Both the position numbers and the translations under genes were made by a program. Positions 1-10,725 of a stretch of 64,000 nucleotides of DNA are shown here, piece after piece. The number at the start of each line of letters is the position of its first letter. The first letter of the stretch is position 1. Under the pieces are notes generated by a model. That model made no database searches. It was not told where the DNA came from and was given only the letters and a program-made list of their open reading frames with translations. The DNA comes from Octopus vulgaris (lineage: Eukaryota): contig OX597817.1 in the NCBI GenBank assembly GCA_951406725.2, positions 159,712,001-159,776,000 of the forward strand. Reading direction: 5' to 3'.

Positions 1-48
1 GTTTTATATTTAGATATTTATTAATATGTCACATGTTTTTATAAATCA

Positions 49-561
49 CTAGCAGTATCGCCCGGCGTTGCTCAGGTTTGTAAGGGAAATAACTATATAA
101 GCATTTTTAGAGAGTTACTTCCCTTATAGATGCCAATTTGGGCTTTCTTAGCCATTTCTGTTTTGGTGTCTTCAAGCCATGAAGTCGTTGTTCTAAAAGA
201 ACGCTGGTCTCCTTGACAACGCATTACGACGTTGATTTCTTTACACTCCCTTCCTCACAGCTTCACGAGGGAGGGAAGAAGAGGGAGAAGCAAACAGGTG
301 CAGGTGTGACCATGGACGCCAACTCCGCCGCCATCGACACACGAAAAATTATGCATTAAAATGGAATAAAAAATGATTTTAAATTATTTTTAAAATCGTA
401 GACTCATCGTAGACGCGTGCTAATAATCAGACGGGCTCGATATGAATCACGACTATAAGATACCCGAATTTGATTAAACTGCACCGCAAAATGTGGGAGT
501 AGTTAGGAATCTAAATCGAAGGGGACAGACACTCACACAACTACAGTTTTATATATATAGA
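49..561 (-). mobile_element. Non-autonomous Helitron-type element
   Basis: Minus strand starts A|TC (TCTATATATATAAAACTGTAG) and ends CTAG|T, with a GC-rich subterminal hairpin (CCTGAGCAACGCCGGG) about 10 nt before the end. No TSD, AT insertion site. Confidence 0.7.
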
Positions 562-675
562 TATATTAGCACTTGCGTCCACTCTAGTGGAGTCTTCAAT
601 CTGAATTCCCTCATATTCGGAACTATGTGTTTATTTATTTTGGTAGTTTTGACTTTAAGGAGTCCCTCCTAGCAT

Positions 676-1076
676 ACTCTTTTATTTGTTTCAGTCATTT
701 GACTGCGGCCATGCTGGAGCACCGCCTTTAGTCGAGCAAATCGACACCGGGACTTATTCTTTGTAAGCCCAGTACTTATTCTATCGGTCTCTTTTGCCGA
801 ACTGCTAAGTGACGGGGACGTAAACACACCAGCATCGGTTGTCAAGCAATGTTAGGGGGACAAACACAGACACACAAACACATACACACACACACACATA
901 TATATATACATATATACGACAGGCTTCTTTCAGTTTCCGCCTACCAAATCTACTCACAAGGCATTGGTCGGCCCGGGGCTATAGCAGAAGACACTTGCCC
1001 AAGATGCCACGCAGTGGGACTGAACCCGGAACCATGTGGTTGGTTAGCAAGCTACTTACCACACAGCCACTCCAGC
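676..1076 (-). mobile_element. tRNA-derived SINE, family A
   Basis: A-box-like TGGCTGTGTGG and B-box-like GGTTCAGTCCC, internal TA/TG microsatellite, AAAAGAGT tail; more than 10 related copies in the window. Confidence 0.9.
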
Positions 1077-1132
1077 ATGTGGCAAATATGTATAGTAATG
1101 TCTTCTATATATATATATATATATATATATAG

Positions 1133-1756
1133 GAACACAGGTACACTCACAGGCAAGGAACACAGGTACAAGATTTTCTGGGCAGGGAACATTGACGGGG
1201 TCGGGGGCGTGGGTATACTTCTTGCGGAGAAATGGGTAGGTAAGGTAATCGAGGTAGTCAGAGTAAGTGACAGAGTAATTAAAATTAGATTAGTCCTACA
1301 CAATAGGACAGCTACCATCATCTCGGCATATGCCCCTCAACCAGGGCTACCGGAAGGACAAAAAGACCAATTCTATGACACCCTATTGCGGACTACCTCG
1401 TTGACAAATGACATTGACCTTCTCTTCGTGGCAGGTGATTTCAATGGACATGTCGGGGGCTTCCAAGGCGTCCATGGAGGCTATGGTTTTGGCTCTCGTA
1501 ATGAGGAGGGAACCAGGCTGCTGGAGTTCTGCGATGCAAATGACCTTATGGTCTGCAATACCAACTTCAGGAAACCCACCTCTCACCTAGTCACCTACCG
1601 TTCTGGCAGACACACCAGCCAGATTGACTACATCCTTGCCAGAAAAAGGGAAAGAGGGCTGATTATAAATGCCAAAACCTTTCCAGGCGAAGAATGTACT
1701 CCTCAACATAGATTAGTGGTTAGCGACTTCAGGATCAGAGCTAAATGGTTCCCAAA
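1133..1756 (+). pseudogene. AP-like endonuclease domain of the RTE ORF (N-terminally truncated, frameshift near 1750-1757)
   Basis: GVGILL, ISAYAPQ, GDFNGHVG, QIDYIL and QHRLVV motifs in the frame of ORF 849..1853. Confidence 0.9.
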
Positions 1757-4030
1757 AGAAGACCAGCTTGGAGGAGAAGGATCTGGAAGCTTAAAGATCC
1801 TGCAAATGGACAGAGATTTAGAGACATACTACTCGAAGCCTTTGACGAAATAGAAGGGGATATAGCTTCACTTAATGTGGAAGACAACTGGAGATCCCTA
1901 CGAGACAATCTGCTGACAGCCACTGAACAGATCTGTGGATGGAGCAAAGTACCATCTCGACCCAGAGTAACATGGTGGTGGAACACCGTGGTTGACAGGG
2001 CTATTAGACAAAAGGGACAGGCTTGGAAGGACTGGAGGAACGGTGGTAGCAGGGAATTGTATCAGACAGCCAAAAGGGAAGCTAGGAGACAGGTTTATTT
2101 AGCCAGAGGGGAAGCGGATAAGAAAAAATTTGCCAATGTTCTGAGCCGTGAGGATGAAAGACTTGAGGTATTTCGTGTTGCAAGACAGTGTGTGAGAGAG
2201 AATCGTGATGTGGTAGGAGAGAAGTGTGTTCGCATGGATGATGGTTCACTTGCGCTAAATGAGGATGCAAAGAGAGAGGTTTGGAGATGCCACTATGAAA
2301 GGTTGCTGAATAAAGAAAATGAATGGGATAAAGAGAGTCTGCCGAATGTTGACCCAACAGAGGGACCAGCTATCCGAGTTGATAGTTCCGTGGTAGCTAA
2401 GGCAATTAGAAGCATGAAGACAGGGAAAGCCCCAGGCCCATCAGGAATTACTGCAGAGATGCTCAAAATATCTGGCAGTGTCGGCTATAACCTAGTCACC
2501 CGTATAGTCAACCAGGTGATACACGAAGGAGTCATACCCAATGACTGGTGTAGCAGCATACTAGTCAACTGCTACAAAGGTAAAGGTGATGCCCTAGATA
2601 CAAATAATTACAGAGGTATCAAGCTGTTGGATCAGGTAATGAAGGTTACGGAGAGGGTCATAGCCCAACTAATTAGAGAGAGAGTTAGTTTAGATGAGAT
2701 GCAGTTTGGGTTCGTGCCAGGGAAAAGCACCACTGATGCTATATTCCTGGTAAGGCAGCTGCAGGAGAAATACCTAGCCAAAGATAAGCCCCTGTACCTG
2801 GCTTTTGTTGACATGGAGAAAGCCTTTGATAGGGTCCTCCGATCCCTCATCTGGTGGTCAATGAGGAAACTAGGGATAGATGAATGGCTGGTGAGGGCTG
2901 TGCAAGCCATGTACAGAGATGCCGTAAGTAAGGTTAGGGTTGGCAACATGTACACAGAAGAATTCAAAGTAGAGGTTGGGGTCCACCAGGATTCAGTACT
3001 CAGCCCTCTCCTATTTATCATAGTCCTCCAGGCAATTGTGGAAGAATTCAAGACAGGTTGCCCCTGGGAGCTCCTCTATGCTGACGACCTCGCTCTAATT
3101 GCTGAGTCACTATCAGAACTGGAGGAGAAGTTCCAGGTGTGGAAGGAGGGTTTAGAATCGAGGGGCCTTAGAATCAACCTAGCTAAAACCAAAGTACTAA
3201 TAAGTAGAAAGGTAGACAATCCACAAATATCCTCAGGAAGATGGCCCTGCTCGATCTGTAGAAAAGGTGTAGGTAGAAACTCTATAAGATGCATCCAGTG
3301 TAAGCTATGGACACATAAGAGGTGCAGCAATGTCAATGGTAGGCTAACTGGGAAGATAGTTTTTGTATGTGGCAGATGCTCGGGAGCATTGACCTCCGAA
3401 AATCTGCAGAAAACAACTTCCGTCACTTTCCAGGGGGAAAAACTAGAAGTAGTTGATAGCTTCCGTTATCTAGGTGACCAAGTCAGTAGTGGGGGTGGGT
3501 GCACTGAAAGTGTAACTGCTAGAATAAGAATAGCCTGGGCAAAGTTCAGAGAGCTCTTACCTCTGCTGGTGACTAAAGGCCTCTCGCTCAGAGTAAAAGG
3601 CAGACTGTATGATGCATGTGTACGAACAGCCATGCTACATGGCAGTGAAACATGGGCCATGACTGCTGAGGACATGCGTAAGCTCGTGAGGAATGAAGCC
3701 AGTATGCTCCGATGGATGTGTAATGTCAGTGTACTTACTCGACAGAGCGTTAGTATCTTGAGAGAAATGTTGTACCTAAGAAGCATCAGTTGTGGTGTGC
3801 AAGAGAGACGATTGCGCTGGTATGGTCATGTGGTGAGAATGGATGAAGATAGGTGTGTGAGAAAGTGCCAATCCCTAGCAGTTGAGGGAACCCGTGGAAG
3901 AGGTAGACCCAGGAAAACCTGGGACGAGGTGGTGAAGCACGACCTTCGAACATTAGGTCTCACCATGGAAATGACTAGAGACCGAGACCTATGGAAGTAT
4001 GCTGTGTGTGAGCAGACCCGGCAAGACTAG
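1745..4030 (+). CDS. RTE reverse transcriptase ORF with an inserted PHD-type zinc finger
   Basis: KAPGPSGI, NYRGIKLL, QFGFVPGKST, FVDMEKAFD, GVHQDSVLSP, LYADD, FRYLG, RRLRWYGHV, RGRGRPRKTW; open for 761 codons. Confidence 0.93.
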   Translation: MVPKRRPAWRRRIWKLKDPANGQRFRDILLEAFDEIEGDIASLNVEDNWRSLRDNLLTATEQICGWSKVPSRPRVTWWWNTVVDRAIRQKGQAWKDWRNGGSRELYQTAKREARRQVYLARGEADKKKFANVLSREDERLEVFRVARQCVRENRDVVGEKCVRMDDGSLALNEDAKREVWRCHYERLLNKENEWDKESLPNVDPTEGPAIRVDSSVVAKAIRSMKTGKAPGPSGITAEMLKISGSVGYNLVTRIVNQVIHEGVIPNDWCSSILVNCYKGKGDALDTNNYRGIKLLDQVMKVTERVIAQLIRERVSLDEMQFGFVPGKSTTDAIFLVRQLQEKYLAKDKPLYLAFVDMEKAFDRVLRSLIWWSMRKLGIDEWLVRAVQAMYRDAVSKVRVGNMYTEEFKVEVGVHQDSVLSPLLFIIVLQAIVEEFKTGCPWELLYADDLALIAESLSELEEKFQVWKEGLESRGLRINLAKTKVLISRKVDNPQISSGRWPCSICRKGVGRNSIRCIQCKLWTHKRCSNVNGRLTGKIVFVCGRCSGALTSENLQKTTSVTFQGEKLEVVDSFRYLGDQVSSGGGCTESVTARIRIAWAKFRELLPLLVTKGLSLRVKGRLYDACVRTAMLHGSETWAMTAEDMRKLVRNEASMLRWMCNVSVLTRQSVSILREMLYLRSISCGVQERRLRWYGHVVRMDEDRCVRKCQSLAVEGTRGRGRPRKTWDEVVKHDLRTLGLTMEMTRDRDLWKYAVCEQTRQD

Positions 4031-4302
4031 TGAAGCCATAACCCGTGGCCCCCACCTGGGACGTAGTCAGTCCACCTGTGCATACCTTCCTTCTTGTGAC
4101 ACTTGTGAAGACCTGTTGAGGCAAGTGAAAATCAAAATCAAAATCAAAATCAAAATCAAATCAAACCAAATCAAAATAGATGAACATCAATGGAATTTGT
4201 ATCTTTGTGGTACCAGTGCCGGTGGCACATAAGAAAACCATCCGAACGTGACCGTAGCCAGTACCGCATCGACTGGCCTCCGTGCTGAGGGCACGTAACA
4301 AA

Positions 4303-4550
4303 CACCATCCGAGCGTGGCCGTCTGCCAGCCTCGTCTGGCACCTGTGTCGGTGGCACATAAAAAACACCATCCGAGCATTGCCGTCTGCCAGCCTCGTCT
4401 GGCACCTGTGTCGGTGGCACATAAAAACACCATCCGAGCGTGGCCGTCTGCCAGCCTCGTCTGGCACCTGTGTCGGTGGCACATAAAATCACCATCCGAG
4501 CGTGGCCGTCTGCCAGCCTCGTCTGGCACCTGTGTCGGTGGCACATAAAA
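4303..4550 (+). repeat. About 62-bp minisatellite (4 near-identical units, diverged units upstream) in the LINE 3' UTR
   Basis: Units start CACCATCCGAGC at 4303, 4366, 4428 and 4490. Confidence 0.95.
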
Positions 4551-5819
4551 CCACCCACTACACTCTCGGAGTGGTTGGCATTAGGAAGGGCATCCAGCTG
4601 TAGAAACACTGCCAGATCTGACTGGCCTGGTGCAGCCTTCGAGCTTGCCAGACCCCAGTTGAACCGTCCAACCCATGCTAGCATGGAAAGCGGACGTTAA
4701 ACGATGATGATGATGATGATGATATATATAGTTCTTTATGGAGAATTGTATAATATGTATAAATGTTTTAAATAATGCAAGTTATATAAAATTAGAGTAG
4801 AAAAGAAGATTGCTTTGTATTTCAGTATCTCAGCATGAAGATTCCCTTGTCTTTGTAGATTTCCTGAAGAAGAGGTCCTACATTTCAAATTTCATCCCAC
4901 ATTTCAAACTCATATGCCCCATTCTGTACAGATCCTCCACATGTCTGTTTTATCCATATATTTCCAGAACTTACATGCTTCTAATCCTTTATGTTATTTC
5001 ACCATCACCATCAACACAAAAATCAATAATTATTATGAAGCTTTTATATTCCTAACATTTAATCTATGTGTTTATTGACTTATTCATATTATTTCATTAT
5101 ATACTTAAATATCCATGCATTTATGTATTTTTCATATGTTGAGTTCAATACATCACTTTACTGATGACAAAATATAAAATTTACATTTAAGATTTCCATT
5201 CAAAATACTACCTTTAATATAAAATAAATTAGCTTAAATACATATATCCATTGAAAGAATTGGGAAGAGTTATTACTTTTACCTCTATTTTCATTGTCAA
5301 AAAAAAAATAGATATTATATTAGGCATTTTTTAATTAGTTGAAAGGTATTGAAATTTAGTTTGTCATTCTTTGCAAAGGCTTAATAAATCTGAATAATCT
5401 TTTAATATTGTTTGACTAAAAGTGGATCAACAGGGAGATGTTGTTCTTATTAAAATATAGACTGACAAATTTTGTATTCTCTACAATGTTTTCAATGACA
5501 ATGTAATTTTTTAAAAGGTTAAATATATTTTATGCAATGAAGATGATTTAGACACTTTTTTTGAGAGAGAAATTGTAATATCGTAACATATTGTTGCAGT
5601 GTTACTGCCTTTTTTTTCTTTCAAGAAGGATAAATATCTAAACAGTTAGATGTCTCTTCTTACTCAACATAAAATATATTTCACAGTTTGAACTATTTTT
5701 ATAATGCTTTTCTGTGACAGAACATCTCCTATTTCCCTGGATTTCTCTATTCTCCATGGTAATTTTTACCTTGCTATTGCAAGTGCTATTGTTAACAGAT
5801 TATCAGTTTTTGCTTGGCT

Positions 5820-6235
5820 CTCTGTCGGTTATGATGACTAGGGTTCCAGTTGATCTGATTTGTTCTGTGGTTAAAGATGTCAAATTCATTTTTTGTACAA
5901 ATCAGGGGTGGTTCTATTTAAAATTAACCAGCAAGAACTTTATGATGACTAGGGTTCCAGTTGATCTAATTAATGGAACAGCCTGCTCATGGAATTAACA
6001 TACAAGTGACTGAGTATTCCACAGATATGCATACAGTTAATGTAGTTCTCAGGGATATTCAGAGTGACACAGAGTGTGACAAGGCCGGTCCTTTGAAATA
6101 CAGGTACTACTCATATTTGCCATCTGAGTGGACTGGAGCAAAGCAAAATAAAGTGTCTTGCTGAAGGACACAATGCATCACCAGGAATTGAACTCACTGC
6201 CTTGTGATTATGAGCTGAATACCTTAACCACTACC
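5820..6235 (-). mobile_element. tRNA-derived SINE, family B, interrupted by a templated insertion
   Basis: Homologous to 57491-57798; B-box-like GAGTTCAATTCC on the minus strand. Confidence 0.75.
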
Positions 6236-6298
6236 ATTTTTGCTTAAGTAATGCTTAAACAAATTCTTTCTGCATCCAGTATTAATATTTATGCATTC

Positions 6299-6730
6299 AT
6301 TCTTTGCATGTTCCTTGTATATTCCCTGTACATACATACAATGATCCAGTGCTCAAGTGATGATAGATTCATGCATTAGTTAATTTAGTACATATCCACA
6401 ACATCTTTCACTCTTACTTTTATACTGAACAAAGATCTGAGTTTATGTCAACTTGTCACCATTTGCTAAAATTCCTAATGTATTCTTTCTTTGCATGTTT
6501 CTTATATATTCCCTGTACATGCATACAATTATCCAGTGCTCAAGTGATGACAGATTCATGCATCAGTTTATTTAGTACATGCTAGCATGGAAAACAGACG
6601 TTAAACAATGATGATGAAACAATTAAATAATTAAATCTTACAGAGAAAATCCACAACATCCTCCACACTTACTTTAACATGGAACAAAGATCTAAGTTTA
6701 TATCAACTTGTTACCATTTGCTAAAGTTCT
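6299..6730. repeat. Diverged tandem duplication (about 180-190 bp unit)
   Basis: TTCTTTGCATGTT...CCATTTGCTAAA occurs twice; the second copy contains a short RTE-tail insertion. Confidence 0.85.
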
Positions 6731-7480
6731 TGCTGGTTAATTTTAAATAGAACCACCACTGATTTGTACAAAAAATGAATTTGACATCTTTAACCACAGA
6801 ACAAATCAGGTAGTCAACACCTTCAAATATCCAATTTTCCGTTATGTTTTCCTCATTGTTCCTTTGAAAATCTGTTGTCCAAAAAATAAGCAGATGCCCA
6901 GCAAAGTGTGTTGGTAGATAATCCGGTGGTATTTATCTTCTTTCCTGTTATGACTGGTTTTTGGTTTCTCTGTGAGAAGCTCTTCTGCCTTTGGCATAAT
7001 ATATTTTTTAACTGATCTGGGTGCTATACACCTTCCTTACACACTAAACTGGAACAAGAAACTGGCTTAGATGTAGACCACCCAACTGTGAGACAGGTTG
7101 TTGGTAGTACCTGGCTTGTGTCTCCATTATTTTAGTATTGCTGATGAGTAATCAGTCGCATGAAACTTTTAGGTCTTATGAGGTAATCCACTTTTTAGCA
7201 ATATACAATTCTCACAGAATCTACACAATTCCAGCATAGATGTATTTTAAACACTTTACCCTTTATCATCATTAATATTCCTTCTCATTTTTCACCTTCT
7301 GGCTTCTACTCTAACAACCCGTCTTACTGCACTTTCTGTCAATGACTTCCTTATAATTCCTCTCCACCATTATCTATTCCTTTCCATGTTCCTTTTCCCT
7401 CACACTTTCTAGCCAAGCATATACTTGTATGCGCACATAAATATACATACATACATATATAAATATATATATACACATAT

Positions 7481-7715
7481 ATATGCTTTATTAAAAAGCA
7501 GCAAAAATATCACAAAACCTGTTACTCAGAGTTTCAGGTTCCCATTTGTTGGACACTTTTGTTTAGAATTTCTAAACAAAACTGTCCAACGAATGAGAAT
7601 GTGAAACTCTGAGTAACAGTTTTTGTGATATTTTTGCTGCTTTTTAATAAAGCATATTACTCTACCTCTGGTATTTGAGTACTATTTTTCCCCCTTGTTT
7701 TGCATTTATGTGCTT
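7481..7715. mobile_element. Fold-back palindrome (7481-7657) with decayed hammerhead-like motifs; probable Penelope-like terminal remnant
   Basis: 88-bp inverted arms centred at 7569, an unpaired extension on one side, flanked by TA microsatellites. Confidence 0.7.
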
Positions 7716-7753
7716 GGATATACATACATATATACATACATATACATACATAC

Positions 7754-7786
<33 letters not shown>

Positions 7787-8224
7787 CATATGTATATATA
7801 TATGTATATATATATACTGACAATATAAAAATACGGGTTACTCCAAAGTAGTAATAGCATTACCTTTAATTTGATAATTATATACCATCTTTCAGTTGCA
7901 CTGATTAGTAAATGTTGCACTGGCAACCCTACTGTAAAATGGTGCAGTCTCTTCAGGGTCTTAACTTGATATCCTTGATATGGCCATTTAAATCTTTTCT
8001 TTTATAAACTCTGTGTTGTATAATGTAGAGCTGTTAAGTCAGATGCAAACAATCTCTATTTCAAGTTCTCTCTGGATAATCATTTTCAGTTCATCATTTT
8101 GAATCTTGTATAGTTCAAATGAAAATTTCCTCATAAGCAAAAGCATCTCTATGCTTGTTCTTGTCTAGAATTTATAAGATTGCATGTTTGTGTGTGTGGG
8201 GAGATGTATGTATGTATGTAAGTA

Positions 8225-9060
8225 TGTACACAAAACAGATTCCATCACATGCCAGTGGGAGAAACTAGAAGTAGTTAATAGCTTCTGCTACCTAGATGAT
8301 CAAGTCTGTTGTGGAGGTGGTTGCTCTGAGAGTGTAGCAGCTAGAATAAGAATAGCCAGGGCAAAGTTCAGGGAGCTCCTACCTCTGCGGTAACTAAGGG
8401 CCTCTTGCTCAGGATGATGTGTGCGAACTGCCATGCTACACGACAGTGAAACATGGGCCTTGACTGCTGAGGACATGCATAGACTTGAAAGAAATGAAGC
8501 AAGTATGTGGAAGGAAGCAACTGTGGAAGGAACCTGTGGAAGAGGTAGACCCAGGAAGACATGGAATGAGGTGGTGAAGCATCACCTTCAAACATTGGGC
8601 CTCACTGAAGTAATGACAGGAGACTGCAACCTTTGGAGATATGCTGTGATTGAGAAGACCCAGCAACTAAAGTGAGATCGCACCCACACATGTCTGGCCC
8701 AGTTAAGAGTACCCCTGAATCGTCAGGGGATATGATATGCTTGAGAAGACCTGTAGAGTCAAGTAAAACTAATATTGTAGCTGTGGCCAGTGCCCCCTGA
8801 CTGGCTCCCATGCCAGTGGCGTGTAAAAAGCACTATTGGAACATGAATGATGCCAGCCCACCTGACTGGCTCCTGTATTGGTGGCATATAAAAAGCATCC
8901 ACTACACTCTCAGAGTGGTTGGCATTAGGTAGGGCATCTAGCTGTAGAATCATTGCCAGATCAGATTGGAGCCTGGTGCTGCTGGTGGCTCTCCAGACCT
9001 CAGTCAAACCGTCCAGCGTATGCCAGCATGGAAAGCAAACATTAAATGATGATGATGATG
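8225..9060 (+). mobile_element. 5'-truncated, internally deleted RTE copy related to 1133-4721
   Basis: EKLEVVNSFCYLD, AKFRELLPL and GRGRPRKTW motifs, same 3' tail with (GAT)n. Confidence 0.9.
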
Positions 9061-9070
9061 TATATATATA

Positions 9071-9895
9071 CAGGGTGTGATGGGTAAATTGCTGCCATCA
9101 TATATTCCTAATTTCACGCATGTGCATTGTTTGTTTTTGATTTTGGCAACTACATAGTACAGTAGGGTCAGTTAGGCACTGTCAGTAAGAAAAACAGCAC
9201 CATGACACAATTCACTCTACCAGAAATTTGGAAACGACATACTGTACTGCTTGGCATTCGAGCCAGAAGCTCCAATACAAACATTTCTGAGTGTTTGGGT
9301 GTCAATCTGAGGACAGTGCAATCTTAGGACATGTACCAAGAGTGATAAAAATCAAATATCCAGTCAACATCATGCTGTTTGGAGTGATCCCTTGTGATGG
9401 CAATGTTATGCGTCCGTTTATCTTCCCAGAGCCTCAGTCTCAACACGGAGACCTACATCAAGTGGCTGGAGGAGGTAGTGCTGTCCTGAGTCAAGAGGGT
9501 GGCTGCTGGAAGACCCAATGTCTGGTAACAGGACTCTGCACCATGCCACACAAGCAGGAGAACCTAGGCATGGCTGTCAGACAATTTCTGTGACCACATC
9601 ACCCCCTAACTCCCCAGACAGCAACCCCCTTGATTATTATGTGTGGGGCACAGTTGGGCGAGAGAGCAACAAAACTCCTTGTAACACTGAAGATGAACTG
9701 AAAGCAAGGATTAAGGCAGCATTCACCAACTTAAACAAGGAGACCATCCAGAAGAGTTGAGGATATTCTGAGGTCATCTGGAGGTTGTGGTTGAAGCCAA
9801 TGGTGATTTTATTGAAGAAATTTATTCTTTAGTATTTCAAGATAGTTTTATGTAATTTGGTAAATATATCTGTTAAAATGAGATGTCTGTGTTAT

Positions 9896-9900
<5 letters not shown>
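9071..9900 (+). mobile_element. Decayed Tc1/mariner element, DD37D (maT)-like
   Basis: TA|CAGGGTG start; broken frames give QDSAPCHT and PPNSPDSNPLDYYVWG motifs. Confidence 0.75.

Positions 9901-9978
<78 letters not shown>
9899..9978. repeat. (CA)n microsatellite
   Basis: Perfect CA run. Confidence 0.98.
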
Positions 9979-9979
<1 letters not shown>

Positions 9980-9982
<3 letters not shown>

Positions 9983-10378
9983 TGAAGTATGTTTGCTTGT
10001 ATGTCATTATTCAGTTTTATTGCAAGATTTCTTGCCAGTAGAGAAAGAGCCTGTTTTTCGCCTAGATCCGAGGCTTCTTCATTGGAATTTCAACAACATA
10101 AACAGGGTACTTTTGCATGTATGTGTGTATATGTGCAGTGTTTGGAGTCAGTACATGTGCAGATTTGTATATTTTGTTTTATGTCTGTAAATTGTCATGC
10201 ATATAGTTGCATGTCTAGACATGTGCATATATACTTAAACGATAAACATCTGGAAAGTTTTACAAACTTTCACAGTTCCAGTAATGGATGGGATCTGTAG
10301 ACTTCTAATGAGCTTTCTCCTTTCTGGTTTAGAGAAGCCTAATTTCACAAGATTTGTACCTAGGCAGTGTGTTACATA
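9980..10378 (-). mobile_element. 3' end of a restriction-like-endonuclease (R4/R2-type) non-LTR retrotransposon
   Basis: Minus strand reads YVTHCLGTNLVKLGFSKPERRKLIRSLQIPSITGTVKVCKTFQMFIV*, followed by a 3' UTR abutting the CA/TG repeat. Confidence 0.55.
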
Positions 10379-10444
10379 TGTATGTATGCATGCATGTGTG
10401 TACGTATTTAGTGAAGGTAAAGAACACAGTACTTACTGTATTTG

Positions 10445-10725
10445 CTTTATGATTGTAAGGTCATGAGTTCAATTCCTGGCAACGTGTTGTGTCCTTGAGC
10501 AAGAGACTCTTTTTCACATTGCTCCAGTCCATTCAACTGGCAAAAATGAGTTCTACCTGTAATTAAAAAAACCAGCCTTATCACATTCTGTGTTATGCTG
10601 AATCTCCCTGAGAACAAAGGTATGCATGTTTGTGAAGTGCTCACCCACTTGCATCTTAGTTTCATGAGCAGGCTATTCTGTTGTTTGGATCAACTACAAC
10701 TCTTGTCATTGTAATTGACAAAATG
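10445..10725 (+). mobile_element. SINE family B copy
   Basis: GAGTTCAATTCC B box and GTGTCCTTGAGCAAG core; homologous to 57491-57798. Confidence 0.8.

Larger units (their letters stand above)
1133..4721 (+). mobile_element. RTE-clade LINE, 5'-truncated, young, with complete 3' UTR and (GAT)n tail
   Basis: APE plus RT ORF, 3' UTR with (AAAATC)n and a 62-bp minisatellite, (GAT)n tail, candidate TSD ATATATATAG at 1123-1132 and 4722-4731. Confidence 0.95.

Noticed and set aside
1000-1076. tRNA genes suggested by A/B boxes
   Set aside because: These are SINE heads that continue into repeat bodies; no full cloverleaf seen.
849-1132. N-terminal part of the 334-aa ORF
   Set aside because: Chance read-through of an antisense SINE and (TA)n into the truncated LINE; not a real fusion protein.
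4303-4550. CRISPR-like or twister/pistol ribozyme array
   Set aside because: Units are contiguous with no unique spacers, the context is a eukaryotic LINE UTR, and the ribozyme consensus motifs are not met.
6810-7270. Possible decayed coding sequence on the minus strand
   Set aside because: Fragmented frames with no motif I can identify.
10050-10086. TGAAGAA-GCCT..AGGC-GAAA hairpin on the minus strand
   Set aside because: Core C missing, no stem I or III, and it lies in the 3' UTR of an RLE-type LINE.
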